A DNA stretch of 64,000 bases from Octopus sinensis (Eukaryota). This document shows positions 1 to 11,255 of the stretch, in pieces; positions within the stretch are counted from its first letter, which is position 1; every line of letters begins with the position of its first letter. Below the pieces are notes generated by a model. It was not told the origin of the DNA. It was given only the letters and a program-made list of their open reading frames with translations, and did no database searches. The translations under genes and the position numbers were made by a program. The stretch covers positions 72,814 through 136,813 of the forward strand of contig NW_021833079.1 in assembly GCF_006345805.1 (NCBI RefSeq), given 5' to 3'.

Positions 1-303
1 TGGAGGAAGGCTAAAATATTGTTTTAGGGGATTCACGCTCTGCTCGTTTAATCATGGACCCTTTTCCGTGGTCTGTCAATTTTTTTAATATGAATGAAAC
101 TCTTTTATCAGCTTACTCTACGTGCAAGACGTCGGCTGAGTTGATTAATGTTCAAAATGAAATTATGAATAAAAAATTTGAATGTTTATGAGTTTTTATT
201 ATTTTTAGATGACAAGGAGTCCAATATGCGTCAAAATAAATATTATGAACAGTCGCCTGTTGATTCGGATTCCTTAAGTGATTTTGATTCATTAGAAATT
301 TAA
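1..303 (+). CDS. TSR3: 3' end of 18S rRNA aminocarboxypropyltransferase (partial, runs off window start)
   Basis: Spliced translation IMDPFPWSVNFFNMNETLLSAYSTCKTSAELINVQNEIM fits the TSR3 C-terminal pattern F.W...F...N..LL..Y..C....E....Q.E; acidic tail ends at TAA 301-303; one short intron. Confidence 0.7.
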
Positions 304-539
304 GTGTTTAATTTTATATTTTTACATTTATTTTTTTTCCTACAAAATTTTTATTCTTTAAATCAAAATTTTTTGGAATGATGTTTCACATATTTTACCT
401 GCCCTGCTGATAATGTAATCCAAAGTAGTTAATTTGATATTCTGGCTATAAATAGACACCTTACCATTGGGATTTTATTGAGATTGGAAGTAAAATAAAA
501 TCCAATTGAAATTTAATATTTTTGGATTTTTGGTTGAGC

Positions 540-790
540 CAAAGGCACGGGATCAGAATCACTGATAAAGAAATAAATTCAGCCAGCAGCCTCATAATTG
601 AAGCAAGTCGTTTTTATGAAGAAAGTATAGAAAATAGGGATAAGGAGCCTTGACTAATTTGGTGATGGATAATAAAGTAGTGGTGTTTGTTACTTCTTCC
701 TCTAAAAGGAGAAAATTATTTTTCAGCAGATAACGAGCGGATAAAATTGTAATGATTAGTTAATTGATAACTTTTTAATAATGTTTGGAT
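540..790 (+). mobile_element. 3' fragment of second R4-like retrotransposon family (R4-B)
   Basis: Matches the reverse complement of ~47440-47690 (GGGATCAGAATCACTGAT...GTTACTTC.TCCTCTAAAAGGAG), which follows an R4-type endonuclease C-terminus. Confidence 0.7.
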
Positions 791-921
791 TTTTTTAGTT
801 TTTAAACTCAGTTAGCGTTCTGTTATTGCTATTTGATTTATTGAATACTATCAAATTAACAACCATTAATTTGTTTTTAATCGAAATAATTAAATATCTA
901 CGTTTTTTCCATATTAATACA

Positions 922-3704
922 CTAAGGGAGCATCACTTGGAAATCGTCATCGCTCTTTTCCTCAGTTTTATAATTTCTAGTACCCTCCACTATTTATTAT
1001 ATTATATACTTACACTCTAGGGAATCAGAGTGACTGGCCGTGAAATTTGATCTTTTTTCGTTACCACTTTGTCCCCTATTAGAACTTGAGCCTGCAAGTT
1101 ATTCATATCAGAATACGTTCTTCTTCAGTCCCGACACTGTGACGGTGTAATTTGTTAGCAGAAATTGAGTCCTTGTTATTTTTTATATACAAAATAACTC
1201 TGCGACGCTGTCTTTCTCTGCATATTTTATCCAATCGACTGGAATATTCTTGAACTTCTGAAGGATCTATTTTCTTGGCAATTTGAACAATGTTTGAGAG
1301 ACCTAGTGGTATGAAAGACGTTAATCACAATCTGTGTTATTTGGAAACTCTTCATGAGCTGTCTTAAGAAGCGAATATGCCTGTTGCTGGTTCCCCATTT
1401 GGAGATAGCAATTTGCTAAGCAGAGATACCAGTGAATTTCTTTTGGACTAATAAACGTTTTAAAAAGGTAAAATGAACTTAATTCGCAACGCAGTCTCAA
1501 AGTAGGATACAGCTCTTTCTGGGAGCTGAGAGTCAATAAAAAAGTCTCCAATCCACTGAACGATTTTTGAGTTGCCTGGATAACATTTATAAGCCTTAAC
1601 ATTAAGACCAATTAATACGTCCGAATAGTACTGAAATGCATGTGCCCTGTCTCCCCTGGCTTCGTGTATCTCGCCCAACTTTTCCAGGACTGAGGCGTCG
1701 TTGGGTACTATTCCAATTAATTGGATGAACCAGTCTAGAGCGTGGTCGTAATCCTGAACTTGGTAGTATCTATGGTCATAGTTAAGAATTATTACATGTC
1801 TGCAAGGTGGTAATATACTTGTGGCTCATTCGGGAGTATTCCTCGAAGTTTAAACGCATATTCAATGGCACGATTGTAGTCCTTCTTGATTTTATATACA
1901 ATTACTAAATGATTATTTAAAATTTTAAACTTATGTTGAACAGTGCTCCAACACAAAATGGATCGAATTCCTGTGCCGAATGATAATATTTAAGAGCAGT
2001 CTCGAGATCTGCGCGTGCAAAATAACAGTTCCCTTTATTGACAAGAGCTGGAATATTGAGGATCAAAATTAAAACTATTTGGATTCAGCTTGTCAGCTTC
2101 TAGTGCAAAATCAGCATATTTTTCTGCTTCTTCAACATCTCCGTTCTATTCAAATGTCATATATAATCAAACCAAAAAATATATGAAGGATAGATTACAG
2201 GATGCCGTCCCAGATGACCTAGGGTCAGATTTTTGAAAAGATTTGAGGATGTCAATTGCCTGGCTTTACATGGGAAAGTAACCTTTGGAATATTATTCTT
2301 TTTTAAGTGGAGAAGTGCGGTGTCAATAACAAGTTCATTCACTAGTCGGTTACTGTTAGAAGTCATTTTGGCCTGCTCAATGCACCTGAGATAATTCTTT
2401 ATTGTAAAAACCAATTATATCCTATTTCGTACTCCCGTTCGATGACATTCGAGATTAGTTTGGCTGATCTTTTTATCGATGTCATGTCTCGTTGTTGGCA
2501 GGCGATCTCATACTTTGATAATTCGTCGTTTTTAATGACATTAAGAAGCAACTCCAATTTTTTATCTCCGTTCTAAAATATAATTTTTGTGTTTCACTGT
2601 AAAATAAGATGAATATTTGTCTGCGTCGTTTGATTTATAAAAACTAAGAAGTTGTCGAAAGGCCATTCTTATTCCATCTTTATCTTCCATTAGGTAATAG
2701 CAGATAAGGAGGTTAAATGAAGCTTGTAGATCTTTCTTTTCTAAAATGATGTGCTCAAATGTAGAAATAGCTTCAGCAAGTTGTTCTATTGTCATAAAGC
2801 TTATTCCAATGTTTATCATTATCCGTTTTCTATCAGGGATTGATTTTTGGTATGTACCTCAACTGTCTGTGATTCTTGGGGATCTGGTCTAAAGCCATTC
2901 GATACATTTTTATTGCATTTCGATAATCTTTCATAGTGAAATAAATATTTCCCATATTTACTCTAAGACGACCTTTTATACCTGACCAAAAATTTACCTG
3001 CAGAAATATATTTCTTGTCACGAACAATGTTGCTATATGTGTTGAGAGCTTCATTGTAAAGTCCATTTGATGTCAATTGGAGAGCCAAATTAAGATTGAC
3101 CTGAATCCTCAATATCTAAAAACTCACAGAAAAACTGATGTCAAGATTTTGATCATAATTCTGATCTTGTTCTCTTAATTTTTGGAGTTGTTTTTCGTAT
3201 CTAATCGCTTCTCTTGCCTTTTCCAGGGCCTGTTGATAATTTCGTTGTTCGCTTGCATAACAAGAATCCAAAATAAGAGCCTCGATTTGAAGTTCTTGTT
3301 TTTTTATTTTAACATCCAAACTTAAAATTGATTTACTTAGGAAACCTTTCACTGTCTTCCTTTCTCTCTAGTTGGCTTATTGTGTTTATTTTTTTCTTCT
3401 GACCGTCGGTTGTTGCTAAAATTTTAATTTAGTGGCATGCTGACTTTGATATGAAGACTTGTATCCTGCGCCAGCAATTGCCGTTATTGGTCTAGAGTCC
3501 GCGTTCATATTTCTAATTGCAGTCATCCTGATTTGCCGTTTTTGAACAGTCTGTTGATTTTTAAAGAATATTTTTAAAAAACGACAGATTAATCGATTAA
3601 GTTCTTTCATAAAAGTTTAATTAATTCAATTATTTAAATTTTAATACATTTTTTTCCAATTGAAATTCATTTTGTTCTTCAAAGTCGTAGATATCTTCAT
3701 ACAT
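922..3704 (-). CDS. IFT88: Intraflagellar transport protein 88 (TPR protein), multi-exon
   Basis: Exons give MYEDIYDFEEQNEFQ, RPITAIAGAGY, QALEKAREAIRYEKQL, RLRVNMGNIYF...AIKMYRMALDQIP, EFPNNTDCLSNIVQI and an acidic end KSDDDFQVMLP*; introns of 25-29 nt, e.g. 3416-3444 and 1303-1328. Confidence 0.95.
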
Positions 3705-4299
3705 TTAGCTTGCTTTGATAACTGATATCTCCTTAGAAACAATTCTGAGAATAATCTTTAATTAATTTTTTTTTACTATTAAAACAAGAAATTAATTTAA
3801 AAAAGCCTAACACGTTTAATTAATTTGAGAAAATCTTGAATTGTCTAATTGATTAATTATTCTTGTGCCATTGATCTGCCATAATGAAGAACCCAAATTT
3901 TTCAAAACAAAAAATTGCCACTTAGCCCCCAAAGTCACGCCGGAAGAAATAAGATAATGATTATACAGATCACCTCATCAATTACTCCACCTCAATAGCT
4001 ATAGTCGCGGATAACCTCCTTTCCATTGTTCTTTTTTAGTCCACTTACAAATTTTATTACTAAAATTAAAAAAATAATTATTAGACCATTAGTTAAGATT
4101 GAAATTACTGGGATGGTTAAAATAATCAAATTTAAAATATATATTTTAAATACTCGAAATTACAAATATCGAACAAACTCGGACTCTTGCTACATATGGT
4201 ATACCTGTATGCACTTGATCGTCCAAAGTGGTAATTAATATCAACTTTGAAGAATATGTTGCAAATAATCTCATATTTTAGCAAGTAAAATGTAATTGA

Positions 4300-5275
4300 A
4301 TGGATTCTAAAATGCTTGTATATCAGATATTACCATTTTTAACAGTTTTATTAAAAATTGGTAACTTATCAAATATATTTTTAGTCTCCAGTAGTGGCCA
4401 ACAAATGATATGCACTAAAATGGAATGCTATTTTAATCCACAAAAAAATATGAATAGAAAGCAAGCTGCTGAATTTTGTCAAAAATATGATATGAGTTTG
4501 CCATATATAACAACTTCTGATGAAAATAGTTTTCTTCACAGTAAATATATTTATGTTAGTTTAAGATTCGTTTGTGGTAAAATACAACACTGATTTGTGG
4601 ATCGATACAAAACCAAATGTTTATTTTCTGTTTGTTTAAAATAGATGGAATATTCAAATTGGCAAAATGTTAGAGACAAGGATACTTCCTGTGCTATAAT
4701 GAACGATTGTGGGAAATGGGAATCTATAGATTGTAACATGGAAAGGGCGGTTGTTTGCAGTTCAAATAGTTTTGCTCATTTCTCATTGTCTTTAGGAGAA
4801 AGAGTTCGATGTAATTGTGGTAGTCAACATTCTAATTATTGCTACTTATATTTCAACGAAAGTTCTACGCTAAAAACAGCCCAAGAAAAATGTAAGAATA
4901 TTGGTGGAAAACTTTTGACGATAAAAAATCAGCCAGAAAATAGTTATATTTATGGTTTTATTTGTATCAATATCATATAGGCCAATTCATGGTGAGCAAT
5001 GAAAACAATATTATATTAAATATGATGAAGATAGGGACTTCTTTTTTGGAAGAGACGACGAAAGCAAAATTGGTTAAAAATGACTATATTTATCTTAAGT
5101 TGTACTATGCATGGGGACGCTATGAGCCGAGAATGTTCAAATGTGTCGAATTAAAGGGGTGTGGATACTGGAAAACTATTCCATGTACCTCAAAAAGAAA
5201 TTATATATGCGAATTTAAAAGTTCATTTGATTATATATGTTTTTAGTTGGAAACGTAACAAGTTGCCATAAAATA
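4300..5275 (+). CDS. Secreted protein with two C-type lectin domains
   Basis: Hydrophobic N-terminus; CYF...QAAEFCQKYDMSLPYITTSDENSFL; CAIMNDCGKWESIDCNMERAVVC; CYLYFNESSTLKTAQEKCKNIGGKLLTIKNQPENSYI; CVEL...WKTIPCTSKRNYICE; short introns. Confidence 0.85.
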
Positions 5276-6250
5276 AATACGAAAACTTAATCTAACTATT
5301 AATAGACACTTTAAAATACTAATAATATAACATTCATACTAACTTCATTAAAACATTATTGAAAACTAAATTTTTTAAATCAATACAAACAAAGAAATTT
5401 TGCCCCTTAAAAAATTGTATTTTTAACTAAAAAAAAGCAAATTTGGAATCAGAGATTGTTAAGAAGAGAATGGATTTTAACTTTTCTAATAAAAAAAATT
5501 GCACTATTATAGGATTTTAAAGAATATTTTCCTCGGGAACCAAAAAATAATATAAACTCAACCTTGTTTTTTTGGTTAAAAAGATCATCTAAACACTCCA
5601 ATTTCGGACAAAAGCTAACTTTTTAGTTTATTTTTTTATAAATCAGTTATTTCACTTTTTCCTTAAATGCTTTGATCTGACTCAGTACTATGTTTTTCAA
5701 TCTCATAATTTATTCATAATTTCATACTGGGCAGTTTTTCATAGATTAGTTACGATTTGGAGTTATAGTTTTTGTTACTTAACAATTTGATGTAATGTCT
5801 TAATACATCCATAAATCCTGCCTTCAATGTAATAAAGTGAACTCTAATTAACCTGAGGGGCCTAATTTGACCTGCGAGGGCTTAAAAATGATCCGCAAAC
5901 GAATTGTATAATAATAAAAAAATGGGCCCGTCTACAAAATGTTCCAACTAACATGACCGATGAGCAAATATATTATCTATTATTAAAAATTAAATAAAAT
6001 AATTACACCCCTCGACAAAAAATTTGGTTATTCGATCTTTCCTGCTTTTATTCATTTAAAAACGAATAAATTTTGAAAAAATTGAACCGTAAAATTAAGC
6101 TAGTATTTAGAGTTTGTGTTAGATCAATAATCTTTTCTGCTCAATGTATTTTTGAATTATTACCGACCCAAAAAAGAAAAATTGTGTATAGAAAAAAATT
6201 TGAAATAAATATTACTTCAACTCAAATTTGGAAAAGGTAAATTGTGATGT

Positions 6251-9200
6251 TTTTTATTAAGAAAGAAACTAATTAACTAAGTAATTTTACTAACTAAGTC
6301 CAGAGCCTTCGAAGTGAGCAGAAGGCGGCACTCCACGCACCTCCTCCCCTTCTTCCTCCTCTTCTCTGGCACTGTAGACCTTCGAGAAGGTGCAGTCCAG
6401 CGCCTCTTGCTGACTAAACGTCAGGAAAGGGCTGGATCGGCGAGCATCAAACGAGACACTCTCCAGAGTCCTCTTAAAAACAGTTGACTGTATATAAGCC
6501 TGTAGAGACTTATCTACATCCAACTGTTTTAAGTACCGCTTGTGGTATTTGGTGACCAGTCCATCCCATGTCATCACACACGGGATGACATGGACTTTGC
6601 ACTGGTGCATCAGTCCTAGCTCGTTTGCAAGGAGGTCATACTTCCTTTTTTTCTCCACTTCCACTATCTGCAAACGGTCTAAGCACGTGATGCCCACCTC
6701 CACGATAACAATCTCCCCGGTGACCTTATCGTGGACCACAATGTCGGGTCTGTTGTGCTGGACAACAATCGAGGTGCGTATGGGGGTATCCACCTTAATG
6801 CACACCCTCGAGTTCTCACACACCGATTGAACTCGATGGGTTCGCAACTTTCTGGACCGCCTCAAGCCGTACTTATTGCAGAGCAAAAGATGGAGGGACC
6901 TCACCACCTCGTTATGCCTCCATGTGTAATCATGGTAAAGCATACTCCCGCACTTCGTGGCTAAATGGTCAACGGTCATTGCCTTACTCTTACAGTGGTT
7001 ACACTGTTTCCGTTGACCATTAAAAAAGTTTCTATCCTGCAAATATGAGAACAACCCTTCTGATCGGGGAGAGTTATTCCCATATTTCAGCCACGTAGAT
7101 GACGACGATACGTCAATGTGCGGGTTGTCCAGGCTGCTAAAGAGAGTCTTGTGAAGGACTTTTAAGTTGATCTTTTTAATTAAAGACTCCTTTTGAAGTT
7201 TGATCAACTCCTTCACATTAACTTGGGTAGCACCTAGACCATACTTAGCCGACACATAGCCTTTTATGGTCCCTAGGTGTGTACCACGCGCTTTTTCAGC
7301 AGCAAGGATGGCAGCCTTCCTTTGGGATACACTCGACCCACTCCACAAGGTGTCGTGCATCTTAGTAAGAATTCGCTCACTTAAGTGTACGATGTTACTC
7401 AGTCCACGTCCTAGCTGCCCGCGAGACAAGTACAATCTCTCCTTATTGCTTGCCAACACGTGGACATGATTCTCTCGGAGTACTCTTCGGACAATAAGGT
7501 CCATTTCATCGTACTCACTCGGCTCGAATTCGATCAGGCCAACGTAGTAGTTTAGCAATGAGATGGCATACTCGTTCAAGGCATGAAATAAGTTCCGTGC
7601 ATTGAGCCGAGTCTTACATAACATTGCCGCCCTACTACGCACACCCTCCACTACACACTTTCTCGTTTCGGGTGTGATTAATGAGGCTGGACTCTCAACC
7701 ACACCAAGATACTTATATCCTTGGTGTTCCTCCAAGACTTTGACTAGGTCACCGCACACAGGGGTGTTAGTCGCCGACTTGTCGTAGTTGAGCTCCAACC
7801 CCACGGCCTTCATGAAACCTTTCAGGACTTTACCCATTGAGTGGAGGATCTCTGAAGACCGAGCGAACAGCTTAATGTCGTCTATGAACATGAGATGGTT
7901 GGTGCTAAAACACCCTCCTTCATGTTCGATCGACATTTGTTCGAATTGGGCAGTGAGGACTCTACTCAACGGTTCTAGGCAGAGGACGAACAGCAGCGGA
8001 GACATGCTGTCGCCCTGTAATATGCCCCTCTCTAGTTTCACCTCGCCTATATCGCATTTGTTGTAATTTAGATGCACGTTCCACCTGTCCATCACAGTTG
8101 CAACAAATTTGATAAACCACATTGGCAACTTAAGCCTTCGCAGACACTCAACGAGGTAGGCATGATCAACCGAGTCATATGCCTTCTTCACATCCACCCA
8201 CATTGACACTAGTGAGTTTCCGTGGGCTCTCGCGAGGCATTTGTTGATCAGTGCCTGCTCCTTAGCTCCCTGGCAATCCCGCCGAGTACCTAACTGGTTC
8301 TCGGACAGAATCCCATTCACCTCCACGAAATTTCTGACCTCAGTAGCCACCACCTTAGTCATCAACTTGTACAGGTTGGGCATACAGGTTATCGGACGAT
8401 AATCTGTCGGAGCGGAAGGGTTATCTACTTTAGGGATCAAATAAGTGACCCCAGTACATAACCACTCTGGAATCGAGCCAGGGTCTAGTGTAAACTGTTC
8501 GATTGCTCGACACATGCAATCATGGATAGGTTTGCAATTTTTAATAAAGAAATTATACACTTTATCGACCCCAGGTGTCTTCCAGTCAGAGAGACGGGTT
8601 ACTGCTTCATCGAACTTCTTGCGGATGTCAGGGACACCACAAGACTCGGTCATCAAGGGAGCATCGGGTCCACAAAACGGAAACGACACACCCTTGCGAG
8701 GACGTGCTTTCCACATACTCCCCCATGTGTCAAGCATTTCGGCCTTTTGCTGGGTACCCTCCTTCGTCTCTCCGTGCAACCGACGATAGAACGACCTGCG
8801 ATTAAATTCAAACAGGTTGTTCTCCCGCCTGCGCTGACACCGAGACTCATGAGTTGAGAGCTTCTTCTGATAAACGAGAATCAGCTCCTCCCTCTCTGCC
8901 CGGACACGCCTCAACTCGTTGAGGTCCCATTTGGCAGCTCGTTCCCGACGAAGTAAAGTACGCACCAAGGGGGGAGTCTTGCCCTTGACCCCATTGCTCA
9001 CATTCAAAATGTGCCCAGTCAGCGCTTCCAGCTCGGCTTTCCTTGCGGCTACTTTTGCGGCAATGTTTTCTCTCCATCTACTCTTTGGGGCAGGCCTCTG
9101 AGTGATTTCATCATAGGTTGTCTGTGCCGAGTACAAATAAAGAGAAATCTCGTCCATTGTCTCCGGAGGCTCACGCACGATCGCGTAAGCTATGGCACGA

Positions 9201-9755
9201 TTGATGCAACCCATCACGTCACTTCTGAGTTGCCACCGAGGTATCTTTCGGGTCACTCTGCGGTCCGCAAGGGGGACAACACGATTCGCAGAGATATGCC
9301 TACTAAATATCTCCTTAACCTGCAAGAGTAGCGATAACTCACTACTCTGGTGCTCGTGTTGTTCAGAACACGGGGGGCATCCTGACGGCGTAACCGCAGC
9401 GGCAGTCCTCCCCCGCGAGCCAGGAGGAGGGGTCTTGGCCAGCTTCTTCAGTGCATCTAACGATAGGTTCGAGCTAAAGCGTCGATTGAAACACTGAAGC
9501 AGGGTAGGCCACCCATTTCTGGGCATCCTGGAAGCTCTTCCCAACACTTGGGAAAGGGCGGATTTAACCCAGTCCTCCCGGGTCGTGCACTCGATCCCTT
9601 CTGCAATGGCAAAGACGATGTTCTTGCCATCGGACGTCTGTCTCTCCGATGCGGTTGTCCATCCTGCTCTAGGTATATTATTATTAATAATATTGTTAGT
9701 TTCTTGTTGTCCAGGTAGAGCACACATCGAGATAGTAGCACGTTGCATAACAGAC
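6251..9755 (-). mobile_element. Intact R4/Dong-clade non-LTR retrotransposon (R4-A)
   Basis: 13-bp TSD TAAATTGTGATGT at 6238-6250 and 9756-9768; single long ORF; short 3' UTR ending TTCTTAATAAAAA. Confidence 0.92.
6290..9748 (-). CDS. 1152-aa reverse transcriptase + CCHC knuckle + restriction-like endonuclease
   Basis: DYRPITC, DVKKAYDSV, QGDSMSP, FIDDIKL, YKYLG; C-x2-C...H...C followed by RHNEVV; RPDIVV...VEVGIT...KKRKY. No APE domain. Confidence 0.95.
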   Translation of the reverse strand: MQRATISMCALPGQQETNNIINNNIPRAGWTTASERQTSDGKNIVFAIAEGIECTTREDWVKSALSQVLGRASRMPRNGWPTLLQCFNRRFSSNLSLDALKKLAKTPPPGSRGRTAAAVTPSGCPPCSEQHEHQSSELSLLLQVKEIFSRHISANRVVPLADRRVTRKIPRWQLRSDVMGCINRAIAYAIVREPPETMDEISLYLYSAQTTYDEITQRPAPKSRWRENIAAKVAARKAELEALTGHILNVSNGVKGKTPPLVRTLLRRERAAKWDLNELRRVRAEREELILVYQKKLSTHESRCQRRRENNLFEFNRRSFYRRLHGETKEGTQQKAEMLDTWGSMWKARPRKGVSFPFCGPDAPLMTESCGVPDIRKKFDEAVTRLSDWKTPGVDKVYNFFIKNCKPIHDCMCRAIEQFTLDPGSIPEWLCTGVTYLIPKVDNPSAPTDYRPITCMPNLYKLMTKVVATEVRNFVEVNGILSENQLGTRRDCQGAKEQALINKCLARAHGNSLVSMWVDVKKAYDSVDHAYLVECLRRLKLPMWFIKFVATVMDRWNVHLNYNKCDIGEVKLERGILQGDSMSPLLFVLCLEPLSRVLTAQFEQMSIEHEGGCFSTNHLMFIDDIKLFARSSEILHSMGKVLKGFMKAVGLELNYDKSATNTPVCGDLVKVLEEHQGYKYLGVVESPASLITPETRKCVVEGVRSRAAMLCKTRLNARNLFHALNEYAISLLNYYVGLIEFEPSEYDEMDLIVRRVLRENHVHVLASNKERLYLSRGQLGRGLSNIVHLSERILTKMHDTLWSGSSVSQRKAAILAAEKARGTHLGTIKGYVSAKYGLGATQVNVKELIKLQKESLIKKINLKVLHKTLFSSLDNPHIDVSSSSTWLKYGNNSPRSEGLFSYLQDRNFFNGQRKQCNHCKSKAMTVDHLATKCGSMLYHDYTWRHNEVVRSLHLLLCNKYGLRRSRKLRTHRVQSVCENSRVCIKVDTPIRTSIVVQHNRPDIVVHDKVTGEIVIVEVGITCLDRLQIVEVEKKRKYDLLANELGLMHQCKVHVIPCVMTWDGLVTKYHKRYLKQLDVDKSLQAYIQSTVFKRTLESVSFDARRSSPFLTFSQQEALDCTFSKVYSAREEEEEGEEVRGVPPSAHFEGSGLS

Positions 9756-9779
9756 TAAATTGTGATGTAATAAGAAATT

Positions 9780-10232
9780 AGGGAAAGTCATGGTATGGGG
9801 TTGTTTTTCCTATCGTGGGGTATGCAATTTGGTATTTATAGCAAGACGCTTAATTCTGCAAAATATCAATCTATTTTGATCAATAATTTGCCACATTCTG
9901 CACAAAAAATGAGGTTTGTTGACTATATTTTTCAACATGACAACGCTCTCAGCCATACATCAAAAATTATTATTCAATATTTTTGCGAAAAACATATTAA
10001 AAAAATTAGAATGGCCTTCGCAATCTACGAATTTAAAACCAATAGAGCATTTGTGGGCTTATATGAAGGTTCAAATTAGGCAAAGAAAAAATAAGAACAT
10101 TCAGGCACTGAAGGAAAATATATTAAATATTTGGTATTCCTTTCTAACAAAAACACTTGAAAAATTAGTTGGGTCAATGAAAAAAAGGTGTTGCGAGATC
10201 TATTAGGCAAAAAGAGGTTATTTTACATATTA
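9780..10232 (+). pseudogene. Tc1 DD34E transposase C-terminal remnant
   Basis: KVMVWGCF, FQHDNALSHTSK, EWPSQSTNLKPIEHLW across a frameshift. Confidence 0.85.
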
Positions 10233-10354
10233 ATTTGACAATAACCAAATTTTATGCCAATGAAAGTCGTTGTTTTTTCCAAATTTCTTAGACAAAATTT
10301 CAAAATTTAAATAATTAAATTAATTATTGTCGTATGTCATAGTTCGAATCCAAG

Positions 10355-10545
10355 CCCTAACTATATTTTGACTTTAAACCCTAACATCAGCCTAACCTAA
10401 TTTAAACCCTAACACAAACTCTTATTCTAATTCTAGCCCTAACTGTGGTTCAAATCTTATTACAAATAAACAAGTGTCCCAAGACTAATTTGACTCACTG
10501 TATGATCCCGACCTTAACACTAATCCTTTCCTGAACGCAAACTCC
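10355..10545 (+). repeat. Degenerate telomere-like (CCCTAA/CCTAAC) tract inside Ginger element
   Basis: Repeated aagccctaac, aaaccctaac, cagcctaacctaa, tagccctaac separated by spacer DNA. Confidence 0.6.
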
Positions 10546-11255
10546 AACTGATTATGTTTTTTTGTATTCACGTTGTTATCAAAATCAGATTTGATAAAAA
10601 CAGTATCGCCGATTTTTATATGCGTTTTTTAAAAATTTTTATTGGCGTTTTCTTTTACTTTTTTCGGTAATTTTTTAAATGCTCCGACGTTTGATAATCT
10701 GATTCAATTTGAATTTCATCCTCCGATGAATACTCCGTTCTTTCGAATGATGATTCGATTTCTTTATTATCAAACAAAGAAACAGTATTGAATCCCAAAG
10801 TTCCAAAAAATAATCTAAAAATAAAATTTACGAAGCAACCTAAAAGGTGATTTTTCGGTAGCACGATAAATAGTCGTGTTGTATTTATAGACAGTATTCT
10901 TCAAAATATCAATCCAATATTGGATCGGATTGAATATTGTTTTTGCTAACCAACGCTTTAGCTTTGATTATATCGTTCTACCCTGCCTTGTGATTGAGGG
11001 TGTCTTGGTCTTCCATGAATCGTCTTTATCCCCCAATCACGTAATAAAAATGAAACTTCAGAGTTACAACAACTCTTTCCCTTATCCGTGGTAAGGTTTC
11101 AGGTGGCCCAACTGAGTTAAACAGTCTTCAAAAGAATTCTTTATTTTGAGAAGTTTTACTCATAGGGAAATGGACCATGCAAATTTTGACCTAACAATCA
11201 ATTTATTAGAACCATTTATTTCTCTATATTAGAGCATATCTCCGAGGATCTATAC

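Noticed and set aside
826-1020. Plus-strand 64-aa ORF
   Set aside because: AT-rich, antisense to the IFT88 3' end, no recognisable motif.
6540-9497. Many plus-strand ORFs over R4-A; similar shadow ORFs over the CRE copies
   Set aside because: Antisense or alternate frames of GC-rich coding sequence with no domain signal.
10470-10502. Tc1-like terminus (reverse complement TACAGTGAGTCAAATTAG) inside the Ginger
   Set aside because: No partner end or transposase found; too short to call.
10355-10545. True telomere or chromosome end
   Set aside because: Repeats are degenerate, interspersed and enclosed by transposon TIRs; same for 61430-61915.
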